DNA from: Raillietiella orientalis | Lineage: Eukaryota | DNA length: 64,000 nt | Reading direction: 5' to 3' | Assembly (NCBI GenBank): GCA_036172245.1 | Contig: JAYWIR010000009.1 | Span: 3,100,001 to 3,164,000 of the forward strand | In this document: in pieces, positions 23,401 to 36,900 of the stretch | Position numbering within the stretch: position 1 is the first letter of the stretch | How the letters are laid out: every line of letters begins with the position of its first letter | Translations under genes and position numbers: made by a program | The notes under the pieces: generated by a model | Database searches by the model: none | What the model was told of the DNA's origin: nothing | The model's input: the letters and a program-made list of their open reading frames with translations, nothing else

Positions 23401-26400
23401 CTGCCCCGGGAAACTGCCTCTCGTTACGAGCGGTAGATGTCACTGTGTTGTGGAAACGTCACGAGAATGCGTAGCTGCGCCTGCGCGATCGGCCTACCTC
23501 CCAAGTCTCCTTCCATTCGCCCCTCCCCATCTCTGCGTAGGGCCAGGAGTTCCTCAAACCGACTTAACTCTCGGTTCCTGTGACCCGAATCGCCCGTGAC
23601 GCAGGGCTTCTGCCACAGTGAAACGTCCGCAGCCAGCGGGCACGTTGCGGATGGTTCTCCGTTGCAGCTGCGGGATCGCGCCACCACCCGCAAACACGAA
23701 ATGCGCCCTTCTTTTGCCCCAGAAGCCGTCTGCGTGGGGGCGGGGGGACCTGGTCCTTTCCAAGGAACGGCGTCCCAGGGGCTCTCAAAGATCGCCAGGC
23801 CCCGTTTTTCGCTGCCCGCACTTTGTGTGCGCGGGTGCCTGGCGCGCCCTCCCCTGCGTGCACGCGTGCGTGCGGGTGTCGAAAGCGCGCGTCGCGGCGT
23901 GCCAGTGTTCTCATTTACGTGTGCTCCTGCGCGTGCCCGCCTACCTCCCCGCGTGTGCGTGTGTGTGCGGGCGCACGCGTTTCCTCTTGCGGGAGTTCGC
24001 GCTCGGTGTTTGAATGCGTCGTGCGCAAAGGTGCCGCGAAAACGGGAATGCGCCTGGTGGCTGCCGCTTCCGCGGAACGGCCGGGCAGAGATAGAGACGC
24101 AGGGCCTCTGCAGCCGTCAGGCGGGCAGGCAGGCCCAAGCATCTGCCTAGCAACGAACCTCGGTGGCGGCGAGCAGAGGGAACGCGCGGCTTTCCCGCGT
24201 TCCCTCCGCTTTTTCAAGTGCAGGGGCTGAACGACCGGAACTGCCAGCGCCCTCAACAGCTCTTTGTCCTTCCGTCGGGTTGCCGGAGCAGGCTCGGAGG
24301 GGGAACAAAAGCATCGCGTCGCTACCTCGGGGGTGACTCGCATCCCCCCGCTCGCTTCGCGGCTCCATGCTATCCACCTCCTGGCTGATCGATCGTGTTT
24401 TTCCGGGAAGACGCCACGCCTGGAACGAGGTGGCCGAGCCGGGAATCCCAGCGATGACCGCGCGCGCGCCATCCTTTTCTCCGCCGTAAGGGGTTTTTTC
24501 TTCCTCCCGCCTAGCATTCGAGTCGTGCGTTCCGATCTTTGGCGTCACGGACCGGAGGCGCGCCTCGAGTCCCTCAGCCAGTCCGCCCCGCTCTTCCTGC
24601 TTGCCCACCGGCCTCCCGGGTTCTGGTCGCTTTCCGGACGGTGAGAGGCTCCCGGGAGCTGCCCGTTTCCCTGTTGCTTCCTTCCCTCTTCCCCCCCGCG
24701 CGCGCGCGCACTCCCGGAAGCGGAAAGGCGGAGGAGAGTGGGCTCTCCGAGGAAGGCGGAACCGCGAGTCCGAGGAGCGGGGGGGGGGAGGAAGGCGTGG
24801 TGTCACCCGAGTGGCGACGGAACAACGGAGGTTACGCGGGACGTCCTCCCCGCGCGACGGAAGACACGTCGTGACCGCAAGGCGCGGTCTCGGAGGACCA
24901 CCGGGGCTGGCGAAGGAGGCGCCGGGCGGTTCGTTCCCTTCGCGTCCTTCCAGCTCGCCGTTCCAGGAGCGAGGGGCTTCCGTCTGTGTCCGGGGGGAAC
25001 GGCGTTTCCCCTTCCTCGCGGACCGCCACCATGGCTACGTGCGGAGCGCCACGCTGCGGCCTCCAGACACACACCATCACGCCTTCGAAGATGGTAGCAG
25101 AGTCGAACGGAACCCCTCTTTTGCACTGCCTCCTCCCGTGTCGCCCCAACTCCGATCGGGGCGTCCACCTCACCCTCGCGAACCTTCGGTCCGAGGGAAA
25201 TCCTGGAAGGCGGCGCGCGACCTGTCGCCGCTCACCCGTTTTACATCGTGTGGTGTCGTGTGTGTGTGTGTGTGTGCGCGTGCTGCTGGCTGGTTTGTTT
25301 GTTTGTTTGTTTGTTTTCCTTCCTCTTGGAGAGGACAGCACGGCCCGCGGCGCGTCGCGTGGGCCGCGCTCGAACGCGAGGGGTTCGCCTGCTTTTCGTT
25401 CCGCGACTCGCCGCTGTGCCTCAATGGCGCGCGCGCGCCGCTCCGAGCTGCTGCTGCTGCTGCTGCTGCTGCAGCCACGACGTGAGGATCACGTCGTGGC
25501 TGCAGGCCTCTTTTTCCTTCCTCAAGTTATTTCGTATTCCTCAGCAGTTCCAGGAGGAAATTGGGTGAAGGTGGGAGAGGGGGAGGAAAAAGGGGGGGAA
25601 ATACGAAATTCTGCCCGTTCCCACATCTTGGAGGAGGAGTATAAAAGGAAAAAAAAAAAAAGGAGAAAGAAAAGTAAAAAGAAAACAAATGGTAAGAACC
25701 GAGGATGAAAGAACGAAAAGGGAAAGACAGCCATATCGATCCGAGCTCGCGCCTCTGCGCCTCGACGGCGAGTCGTGATCTCCTCTCAAGAGAGCTGACC
25801 ACTGGGCTATGGCCCACGAATCGAAGAGGTCAGATGAAGAGCAAGATGCTTAACGGGATGATGATAAATTAACGGGTGATCGGAAGGATGGCCGTCCTGC
25901 CCTTTCAGCTCCTGGCGGCTTCCAGCCAACCTCCAACGGAAACAAGTCATCAACAGGCACCGAGCTGATAAGAAGAGTCGATCCCGCCGCGTGGCGCATA
26001 AACAGCGCGGTGCACAAAATGGGTTCAACGCCTCTCCCGGGACTTATCTCGCCTCGGACGAGGGAGAGAAAGGGGGTGAAGCAGGAAAGGAGGGAGGGGT
26101 AAGAAAAGAGAAGAAGCGAGGTTTCGGGAAGAGCTTTCTTCCAGCCTCGCGCACCGCTCGTCTTCATTTGGTTTTTTTCCCGCTCGTGTTTCTGCGTGTG
26201 TGCTCGAGGGAAAGGCAGGAAGACCGTCGGGGAGCGGACTGCAGATGCTGGGCGAACGCCTGCCTGCCTGCCTGCACGTTGATGAAAGAGCCCTGGGGGT
26301 GCAATTCAGGCAGAGGACCGAGGAGGCCCAAGCCTCGAACTCGGAGACGCGGACCCGCCCGCGATCCTTTTCGTTTCGCGTGGGCGCCCTCTGACGTGCG

Positions 26401-27599
26401 CTGGGCCGAGCGCCCGCGACAGGGTTCTCAGTATCAACCCTGCGCGGTGCGCCCAATCCGCTTCGGCATTCCGCGGACCAACGCGCATGAGTTTCTAATA
26501 GCAGTGCAGCATCATTCGGATGTAAATTACAAGAGGCTGTTCGACTAGGACGTCCCATGCTATTCTGTCTCGCGAAAAACGTCGCAGCTCGCCGCGTGTG
26601 GAGCTTTCGAGACCGCAGCATGGCAGCCACCACGAGTGCGGAGTGCGTCGTGGCACGCCTGAAAACGCCCTCCATTTTGAAACGCTCCTGTGGGGTGCGA
26701 TTACAGAGATACCACGGTGATCGGAGAAAGCTCACCAGGAATGGAATCTTTCTGCGGGTGAGCAACCAATCGTGATTTCGATTCCCGCGACCGGGTTTGC
26801 CGAGAAAAGCCCTGTTCGGGAGAAAATGAGGGATCCGGGGTCTTCCTGGACGTCGCGGGCAAGCGCTGCGGATGCGAAGCCATCCGAGTGCGGCACCAGC
26901 GCGCGGCTTCGATTGGCCGATGGCTTCCCCCCCCCCTTTTTTTTTTCCTTCTCTTTCCTCGCCTCACAAACGTAAAACATGCAGACGATGCATCCGCGAT
27001 TAGGCGAAACGTCTTCCCTCGTTGCCAACATGGTCAACTGGTCAACCAATCCCGGGAACTTCGGGAGGATCGATCCACTTGGCTGGAATGCTCCTGTTCT
27101 TTGTGGTCGAATGCTCAGCAATTACTTCGCACACTCCTGTGTGTCCACTGCCACGTTCGATCATCTGTCTTTGTGTGTGTTTTTCCTTTTTTGTTTCCCT
27201 CTAAAAAGCAGGGGAAAACTAACGAAAGGGACTCGGGCTTCCTGTTGCCACTTTTTTTTCTTCTTGACGCAAGTTCCTGGACCAGGTGCACGCTCTCTCT
27301 CCCTCTCTGTGTGTGTGTGTGTGTCTTTGCGTGCGCGCGCGTGTATTTGCGATCTGTTGATAAAGATTTACTGCTTCTCCGTCCGAAACACTCCGTCGGC
27401 AGTCAGGGAAATCAGTGGCTTCCAGCTTTTGAGTGATGGCACCTCCTTCTCCCTTTCCCTTTCCTGACTTATTTTCCCGCAGCTGATTCAGTCGCCTCCC
27501 TTTTCCCCTTTCAAATCGGAGCACTCAGATCAGTCAGCACGATGGTGCCCGAAGATGGGGGCAGCCAAGCAGCAGCAGCCCAGCTGCGACTGACAGCCA

Positions 27600-27950
27600 G
27601 TCCGACTCTCCTGCCGGATGGTGACCAAAGTGACCCGATGGATTACAGGTTCGTGTGGAGCCGGAAGCCGGGGCATCTCTCTAAGCGACGAGAAGAAACA
27701 GAGGGATGCTCCGCGGGTCGTGCGAGCAGGCGCCGTAATTGTCCGGGGGGCACGGCGAGGCGTGGGGCTCAAGAAGAGCGTGGGCGCTCCTTGGCCGCCG
27801 AGGGACGAGCGACCCGCGCCAGCCGTGCATCGCCTCGGAGAATGCCTTCCTGGGAGTGCTTCTGCGACGTCGGAGAGCGCAGGTCCGTCTCTTTCGTGGC
27901 GACCACTTGGAACGTGTCCGTCGTGGCGACCCCTTGGCTCCGGTGATGCT
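27600..27950 (+). mobile_element. L1/Tx1-like ORF2 fragment (post-RT region)
   Basis: RFVWSRKPGHLS resembles the L1/Tx1 'F.W..K...I' motif. Confidence 0.35.
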
Positions 27951-30900
27951 CCGACACGCCTGCTGAGGGAGCAGCAATCTGAGCAGACTTCCCTCCTTCG
28001 AAGAGGCTGCGAAGATGGAGGCTCTGGAGAGAGAGTGGGGACACACCCAGCCCGCAGGGGGGTCTCGGCACGTTGCTTATGAGTCTGCCCGAGTGTCCTC
28101 CTCGCCCCTAACCAAACATTTCGTGCCCCCTCCACCCGAGAATCGCTGCATCAAATGAATTTGTAACGACCCCTAAGAATCCATTCATCCGAAATTCACC
28201 CCCTGGAAGACATTCCGATTGAATTAGGCAAAAGTTGCCGACGGCAGGTGTGCACGGTAAAGCACCCAATCACAGCTGCGGACGGTTTCTCCTGAAAATC
28301 CATCTCGGAGATGCTTTCTTCCTCCTTTTTTTTTCTTCTTCTTGATACTTTCCACTTGATTCAAAGGTCACACTGATTTTGACCGGAGGGCTGGCGTCGA
28401 AGTGATAATTGCCTTTGATCACCGTTCTTCAGGATTGCGGAGCACAGTTTCCTTTTTTTTTTTTTTTTTTTTTTTACCTTTTCTCGCAGGTTTTTCCTTG
28501 CGTGATCTTTCTCCTTCCATCGAAAGTGTTTTCATCCTCGTGGCTTTTGCTTCTGGCTGAGGTCGCACTGCTTTCCCGTTCCTGGTCACGAAAGGCATCC
28601 AACCCTTGGATGGAAGCGGCGTTACCGAAGCAGCACCTGGCAAGAAGAGAGATTCCGGCACGGGGGGGAGGGGGGTCTCTTCCAGCAACCTGCTTTTTTC
28701 CTCCGGGCTGAGCTGCACGAAGCGACCTGGCGTCCAGCGACAGACCGTCGGGGATCACCTACCTGCTGCTCACAGCGGAGGAGGGCGCCTGCGACCAGCA
28801 GCCGCGGGCGCAGGACCGGATCGGCGCGAAGACCACGCGGCGCGCTGCTCTTTGGGTAATCGGTGCGCGTGCAACCTGTTTTCCTCCTCTTGCAGATGTT
28901 CCTCCCATCATGTTTTGATTACTCCTTAATGGCGTTGGTGGTTCGCATTTCCCGGTGTCGATCGTCTGAGCTCCCTGTACCATCAATCAATCATACTTCT
29001 ATTGCCCCGTGGATCTTAACACGTTGATCTTCCTCATTGCCACTTGGGCTCTGCATTAATTAGTACATCGTTCACAGATTTGAGGCGGTTTTTCCTTTTC
29101 TCTCCCATTTATCGACGCGCCGCTAAATGTTTCCCTGCAGATACGATCTAATTAGTCCTGAGCTTTGGAATCTGTTTTTCCGTGTCTCCATGGCAGCGGA
29201 TGTTTTTCCTTCCCGTTGATCCGTTGGGCTGAGGGTGACGCCACCATGCACTGACACCGATGCGGCAATTTATATCCCAATGTGCATTCCGTGAGGGAGC
29301 GGCTCCTCCAGGACTGCAAATCCCGGGATCCCTCCCGCGGATCGGCCGGCGCACGTCCGGAACGGGACGGCCTGCGGCAGGATTGCCAGGTCGAGATCCC
29401 GAAAGCCGGTCCAGATCGGGGGATGCTCGGCCGGCGTCAGCAAACCTCGATGCCTCAGGAAATCTCCTAACTGTTGAAGAATACATCCAGCAATACTTAA
29501 TGATGTGCTATTCCTTTTTTTCTTTTCTTTCTTTGTTTTTTTTGTTTTGTTTTTTTTTTTCTAAAAAAAAAAGAAAAGAATTTAAGGAATGCCCCTTTGT
29601 TCTCGGCTCCTTTTTAACTGAAATTTGTTTTTCCTTTTTTTTTTAAAAAAAAAAAAAAATTCAGACGCTCTCAAAGCAGGCAAAAGGACCCGTCGAGCAC
29701 ACTGCCAAAATGTGTGAATTTGTCAAACACTTAGGTGCACACATAAAATACACATAAAATGGATGGATGAACCCACGGAGTAACGGGCGCGCGGGTTCGT
29801 CGTTGCTCACCATCGGGACATTTATTCAAAAACAGAATCCGTTTGGGAACGCAGGTCGGGCACACCGAAAGTCCGGAACGGGAGGGAGGGGACAGTAAAT
29901 AAAGGATGGTGAGAGGGATGGTAGGGAACAGGGGATCTTTGGCTTCGGCCGTTCCTTCCTCCCAGAACCTGCGCTGAACGCCGGAGGTCCGCAACTTCCT
30001 CCTGGATTTTTTGCTGATGCGAGGGCCTCGTCGCCATCTGTAGGTTCCGGGCGGTCCCCCCGCCTCTTTCTTGCCCGGCGAGACCGCGGTGTTTGCTGGG
30101 GGTGAATCCCGACGATTCCCGTTCCCTGCTCCCAAGGATGGTCCCGGACGAAACCGAGAGCGTTCCTTCCCTTCCTTTTTTTTTCGGTTTTTTTCGGGTG
30201 GTTGCTTGGGTGCAGCAGCAGCAGCCACCCCTCCCTACAGATGGTTTCCGGCACGAGGAGGAATGCGGAACGCTCCCGGAACGCCGAGGTGCTCCCGTGA
30301 TCCTCCCGACGGCGGTCCCATAAATCGCGCTCGCGCTGCACCCCGGTACGGCTAAATTTAGCTCGGGGCGGCGGCCTCCATTGTTGCGACGGTGGCGTAA
30401 CGGCGCGCGCGCGTTCCCGCGTGCCGGAAACGGATGCCGGCGCGCGCGGGAGCGCAGAGCGGGGCGGACCGACGCCGCCGCCATCTCTCGGATCGCTGCC
30501 GGCGGCGGTGAACTCGGGGAGGCGCGCGGCGTGCGTCTCCTCCGCTCTCCTCCCGACTTCCCCTTTCGCTTTCGACGGACGGAGGAGCGACGGCGGGGGA
30601 GCGGGGGGGGTAAGAAAGTCCAGGGAGTACCCCTTTCGCACGGTTCCCGGGGCGGCGATGCCGGGAGGGAGGTGGTCCTTCTTCTCCTCCCTCCCTTTTC
30701 AGCGCTCCGGGACCCCTCGCAAGGGGGGAGCTTTCATCCCGGGCGCGGCCCAGGCTCCTCCCGCGGTCCGGATCGGGACGCGTCCAGCACGGGTGGGACC
30801 GCAGCAGCGGCGAAGGGAGGTCGCGGGTCCTCTGCGCTTCCCGAGGCACGCGGCCGGACTTTTCCTTGCGTCGCCTCCACACCTGCCCCTCGTCTCCTCT

Positions 30901-32399
30901 CCCTCTGACCCCAGTCCCGCCGTCCCCCTTCACCCCTGCTCCTCCGCCGCCGCTGCTTCCGTTTTTTTGCCGCTCTCCCTTTCCCGCGCTTTCTTCCGGC
31001 AGCTCGCGGGGAGCACGGCGAGGTTCTCCGGTCGGCCGAGCGGGGCAGCACCGCCGTCCTTCGCCGCCGCTCGGTAGGGGCGTGCTGTTCGGCAGGTGGC
31101 GTCCCGGATGCACCTCCCTCCCTCCCAGTCCCCTTCTGCCACCCGATCGTCTGCATCCCCTCCCCTCTTTCGCACGGCGGCGGTGCGAGGGGAAAGGGGG
31201 GAACCAGGCAGCAGCAGTGAGTGGTTCGGCAGCTTCCCCGCGAGAGGGCACTGCGGAAGTTTCCCGCTCTGCAAGGAGGAGGGGGGGAGCGGATCGTCAC
31301 GGCGCGCGCAGGACGGAGCTCGCCTCACGGGAGTGCCAGCAGCTGTGGCACCTCGGCGGCGCCCTCGCCGCCGCTCGAGACGCGTGCGTGCGGCAACCGC
31401 GTGGCCGCGTCCGCGTCTGAGAGCTCCGACGGCGGCAGCCGCTCCGTGGCGACAGGGAAGGGAGGGAACGGCTGCTCCGACGCAGCCGCCTCGCCGGGCG
31501 CCGCTGCCCTCCAGGAGCCACTGCGCGCGAGCTGGCGGCGGCGCACTCCCCAAGAAGCCGAGGAGATCCGCGCAGGGTGGCGGCCGTGAAGGACGTCTCC
31601 GTGGAGACCTCGCTCGGGGTGCTTCTCGTTTCCCTCCTCCTCCCTACTCGTCCGTTCGGCAGCAGCGGTGACGTGGAGGGAGGGGGGGAGGGAACTTTAG
31701 GAAAACCCTCAGGGGGTGGGGGGAGGGAGCGATGGGACCGTCGCTTGCTCGCCGTCTCGTGGCTTGCGCTGCTGGCGCCTGTACGTACGTAGTCCAGGCA
31801 GATGCTGCTATTTGCTCCCAGGGAGGGGGAGGCGCGCCCGCAGCTGACCTCGGCGACCTCCCTCTTCCGCACGCTCCTTCCGCGCGCGTGAGGCAGCGTC
31901 GACCGTTGCAGGGAGCAAAGGGCGCCCCGTCCCTACCGGCCGTCGCCTCTTCCACAGGCGACCGTCGCTCTCCTAGCGGGCGGACGCAGCACTCCCTCGC
32001 GCGCGCGCATGGAGCGGCGGGCCGGCGCCGGCGTCTCTCCGCCGCCGTCGGGCGAGCGCCTCCTCCTTCCTCTCTCTCCCTCCTCTTCCTCCTCCTCCCT
32101 CCCGCCTCCGCCTCGACGCGCGAGCGGGAGGTTCGAGCGCGAGGAAAAAAAAAAAAGGCAAGCAGTCGATGGCTGCCACCGCCGCCGCCGCCGCCGTTCT
32201 CCCATCCTCCTCCCGTGACCTGGAAGACGGAGGGTCGTCGGCGCGGAGGCGGCAGTCACGCTCTGCAGCTTAGCGACGGATGCACGCCTCCCGCCTCGTC
32301 CGCAAGCATCCGAGCGCGCGCGACCCGTGCAGGCCCGCTCGAGGGGGCAAACGGAACGTGGTCGTCGACGGCGCCCGGAACTCGGCGCGCTTGCGTCCG

Positions 32400-33050
32400 G
32401 AGCGGATGGCGAGGGCCTGCCCGGGGAGGCAGCAGAAGCTGCTGCCTCGAGGTCGCTGTCGGGTCGGCGGCCTCCCCGCAACCAGCTGCTCGTCCTTCGC
32501 TCGGACGGCACCCAGGACAACCCCTGCGGCGAGAGCTCCCCCCGACCGACCTCGTCCCGGGGCTGGGAACGGATCGCTGGCAGCCCTGCGCGAAGAAAGG
32601 AAGCACTTCGAGGCGCATCCGGCGTCGGAGCTCGTCCGCAGTTCGGGCGGTGCGCGCTCGGAGGCGCTGCGATCGCCTCGAGCGCGAGATTCCCAGAGCC
32701 GCTTCGCTGCCTGGAAGCCTCGAGGACCCCAGCAGTGGAGCGCGATGGCGGTAGGGTCGCGTGCGGAAGGCGCTCCCGGGACCTGTAGGGAGGGCACGAG
32801 AGAGAGCCTGCAGGGAGGTGCGAGACGCGGTCAAGCCTATCGCTCCCTCGCTTTCTTACGTGGGAATGGCGCGCGAGCTTGGGCATCCCCGTTCCGGCGA
32901 AGCCGGGGGAGTTCACCAGATGGCTCCCGGTTGCGGGGGGGGTTTCATCCGTGTCGCTCCAGTGCCCCGGGTGCACGCGTCTCCCGCGAGGGAAGCCACC
33001 GACTCTCGCTCCTGCCATCTAGCGTAAGTGCGCGGAAGTGTCGTCCCGAA
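32400..33050 (-). mobile_element. L1/Tx1-like APE endonuclease fragment
   Basis: Minus strand RKRGSDRLDRVSHL resembles the APE 'SRLDR.Y' motif. Confidence 0.4.
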
Positions 33051-33949
33051 AGCCGCGGTGGCAGCGCTGCTGGCGGCTGCCGAACTCCCCTGGCTCTGGG
33101 ACGCGCGCGTGTCGAGGCGGAGGACCGCCGGAGGCCTTGCAGGAGTACCGCTCACTCTCCTTGCCTCACCTTCCCGAGGGTGTACTCGAAGGAGAAGGAA
33201 AACGAGCACCACGCGGACTTTCATCGCACCTTCTACCGCCATGGTCTCCTCCCTCAAGTGATAGGTGACGGTGGACACTGGGTTGAGAGGGACGCAAGGA
33301 GTGCCTGGACGACCTGGGCGGATGAACGAGCAAACACCGAGAAGAAAGTGGAGCAGGAGCCGTGAAAGTGGATGGAAACATACGAACCCGAAAAGTGGAT
33401 TGCCGTCAAAAGTAAAGAATACCCGGAATTAGATGGAAGAAATGGACCACGAGGAAAAATGGTCGGGTGGGAAAGTAGTCGAAGATAGAAGAAAGTGGCT
33501 GATGGGAGCGGATGATTAAGGAGTGTTTAGAGTGTGGCGAGCAAAGTGGGCGGACCTTTGGAAGCCGAATGAGGAGGTGCATCATCGTGGGGAAAATGGG
33601 GAGCAGGAGATTTCCTTGCGTCTGGCACTTCGCCCTCATCACCGTAGGGAGAATGGCGGCATCGAGGAGTCGGTCACTGACTCCTCGAACGCCCCTTTTG
33701 CAGCCGAGGGTCCACGCGGAAAAAGAAGGGTGTTCACTTGCGTTCACCTACAAGGGCAGAGGTAACTTTCCTCCTCGACAGAGGTGGGAAAAAGGGGAGG
33801 GAGGTCGAAGCTGTTGGTGAGGAAAGTGGACGAGCGCGAGGGGTGGATCCGAGAAGGGCACAAAAAGCACGGAAGCTGGATCCATGTAAACAGTCGACGG
33901 CGGTGAAGCGCGAGTGGATGAGGTCACTCGCATTCCCTGAATGGTGGAC

Positions 33950-34550
33950 GCACTTTTTCTGAAGAAGAAGGGAAAATTCTAGACGGAAGTTCATAGTGGA
34001 GCGCTTCCTGCGCAGGTCATTAGTGTGCCCGCCTCCTCCAACAGCCGCTGGGATATTCGTTGGATCAAGCATCCACCGTCGTCCACGGAGGGAAGCGAGG
34101 GCAACGCAGTGGAGGTCTGTGGCAAGTGGCCGAGATGCAAGCACAGTGTGGCTTGCGTCCAGGCATTCTTCGCGGTCGCCAAGAGTACGCTGCGTGCCTC
34201 CTGGTCCACCGGCGGAGCGTGTCCTCTTCATCCGTCCGTTGTTGTGTTCCAAGCATCCATCTCACGCAGAAAGTGCGCGCGAGCTGCCCAGCAAAAACGC
34301 CCATGGCAAAGGACCTGTTCAAGAACCAGAAAAGGCCAAGAACGGCGCTGGGTTCCGTGGTAGTCCGAGCATGTTCTTCGCCTCCGGAAACCACCTGTCG
34401 TAGGACTTCAGAGTGCCGCCCTACCGCCACAGCAGGGAGAAAGATGATCTCAGCGCACGTAGCAACCCAATCGTATCTGGCACTCCTGTCCAATTGAGGA
34501 CGGGCAGGCAAGCAACGGTAAGCCTCGAAGTTTTGCCCGGCGGATGGCGC
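33950..34550 (-). mobile_element. RNase H-containing LINE remnant (I/R1/LOA-like)
   Basis: Minus strand has CAEIIFLPAV, FCVRWMLG...DEEDTL and LHLGHL in order, resembling RNase H 'AE..AI', 'WV.GH.G..GNE.AD.LA' and the downstream 'RLRTGH'. Confidence 0.35.
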
Positions 34551-34556
34551 CTTTTT

Positions 34557-36150
34557 GGTTTGACACCCGGTTGCGCCGAAGCGTCTACTTGTCAAAAATA
34601 AGCATGCAGGTCAGTGTCAAGACGCTTGGTCCTGCCACGTTATAAATGTACAAGAAGGAATCTGCCGAGAGCCGGCACGCAGGCTGGCGAGGTCCGCCTC
34701 GGCAGCAGAGGGAGAAGGGGACAAACAAAAAGAGAAAATAAAACAAAAAATACAAAAAAAAATGGGGGAGTTCGGGAAGGGATCATCGGATGCTGGAGGG
34801 CGTCTTCTGCGTCCTTGTAAGGATGCCGGCAAGTTCCTTTTTCACGATCCCCAGATCATCTTGACGCCATCCTCATGAAGGGGACCGCAAAATGGATGGC
34901 ATCCCTATTCGTCCTGGCCTCTTCTGGCGTCGCTCCGTGCAGCCACGGTCCTGCCGCGTAGGCAGGAGAGTGCTGTTGGGGACGTGGCGGGCGTGAGGGC
35001 GTTGCACAGGAAGAGGCGCTCCAGAACGCCTCTGGGGTTGCCCTCGGGGTTCCACAGGGACGCGGCAAAGCGTTCCCACAGGGGGAGGAGGGCAATGCAA
35101 TCCACGAGCAGGTGCGGGAGGGACTCTCTTTCCCCGCACCTGCTGCAGCTGGGGCTCACCTCCGGGTCCAGTGTTGGCGGCGGGCGTTGCACGGGAGGCT
35201 CCAGTACAAGCCACCGTCTTCCCGGTTTTTTTCCTCGGGTGCTGAAGTGAGAACAGCGACTAAGGCCCCGCGCGACCGCGCACTTACCTCGGCTCTGCTG
35301 GGGACGAGACGGATGGGCCGCAGGCAGGCGACGGTCGCTAGGAGCGCCTTCACGAAAACGACCCTCTCGTTCCAGGGATCCCGGACCGGAGGTAGGGAGA
35401 TCATGCAGTTGCAGAGTCTTTCCGGATTCTTCCCGGTGGCAAACTCGGCAGCGCATGGCCGTCCCTCCGTCCTCTCGGCACGCCAAGCCTCCGGGGGGCC
35501 CCCTGCCACACTCGCGGACCATCACGACGCCTGGAAATCCACAAGCCAGGGAGTGGCTTTCTCTCCACTCGAGGGCGCCGAACGGGAATGCTCACCTCCC
35601 ATTTTCTCTTCCTCGCTCCGGGCTTCCTATCTTCATCTCTGTCTGGTGCCCTGATCCCTGCTCCCGTTCGGGAAGATGGCGGTGCCTGGAAACCTTCGCC
35701 AGACAGCGCACGCCGGAGGCGCCGGAAACAGCGCGCATCGCGCAGTTGTCGGAGGCAAAAGTCCTCGTAGGTGACCCCACTGGCCCTGGGGGGTGTGGGA
35801 ACGCGCTTCACGCTCAGGCAGGCACAGAGAAGGCTGCGCTGTGGTTGACCCGTGGTCACGAGTTTCCGGGCCGCAAGTGTTCGCAGCTCACCAGCCCCGC
35901 TGCAGCCACGGTTCCTTCGGGGTGGTGGTGGGGTGGACGAGGAAGGCAGGCGGAAGCATCCAGAGGAGGACCAGCGAGCGCAATCAGACTGCAAGGATGC
36001 CACCTCCTCAGAGACAGAAAACACCGGAAAATGGAGTGTGTCTCCCGGGAGACCTTCCGTTGCCCCAGCTGCTGCGCGCCGCAGCGGGTCCTCCAGGAGA
36101 CTGCGGTTTCGCCTTCCGCGACTGAGAGGATCAAGGGGCGTTTTTCTTAG
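34557..36150 (-). mobile_element. L1/Tx1-like LINE 3' ~1.6 kb with zf-RVT and 3' end
   Basis: Reads LPCNARRQHWT...SPSCSRCGERESLPHLLVDCIALLPLWERF (CxxC-H-C), then RDAIHFAVPFMRMASR, a 3' UTR and the terminal motif GCTTCGGCGCAACCGGGTGTCAAAC. Confidence 0.85.
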
Positions 36151-36169
36151 GATCGCAAGGGACGCTGGA

Positions 36170-36900
36170 GCTGCGTGATCTCTTTTGCCTCTGGTCCAGG
36201 ATCTTTGGAACTAGGGGGTCGTTTTCGTGATGGTGCCCCTCGCAACGGTCGCCTGTATGAAGCCCATCTATCTCGTCTCCAGAAGTGCGCCGCCTCTTCG
36301 AGTCGCCCGCTGGACCCACCACGCGAAAGCGGTGACCAACATCAGCCGCCTCAGATTCTCGGCGCGCAGCCGAGGTACGTCCGCGGTCACGCGGGACCTC
36401 GTCCCCCTCCCACAGCAACGTGGATGTGCAGCAGCAGCAGCAGCAACGACGCTCCCCGAACTGCAGAAGGCGCGGAGCGGTGGAATCGCCCCCGCACTTG
36501 CTCCTCGACTGCGGCGCCCTCCAGGAACCGTGGAGGAGGCTGCCTTCGGCGCTCCTGTGCCAGGGGGGCAACGCGCCAACGCCATGCGCCGCTTCACGCG
36601 TGGCGGCCTCTCGCCAGGCGCGGTCGTCGCGAAGATCTGTTGCATTCGAGCCATCGTCATGGCCTACCACCCGTTGGAGTCCCGTTGAGCCCTTGCGTCG
36701 GAGTTGCAAGAGGTCCCAAGACAGACCACCAGGATTGCAGCTGTTAACACGAGGATGGCTGCTGGGTGGCCTCATCTCAGTGAAGAAACAAGGAAGGACA
36801 TCGCCGGCATTCAGCACCAGTTCTGAAGCGAACGAACGGACAAAAGAACTCTGTCCCATGTCCCCCGCCCCCCCATATCTTTTTTGTATTTTTCTATTTA
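36170..36900 (+). mobile_element. L1/Tx1-like LINE fragment with zf-RVT, inverted relative to its neighbour
   Basis: Reads SPNCRRRGAVESPPHLLLDCGALQEPWRRL. 36175-36290 is homologous to the reverse complement of ~35295-35405. Confidence 0.7.
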
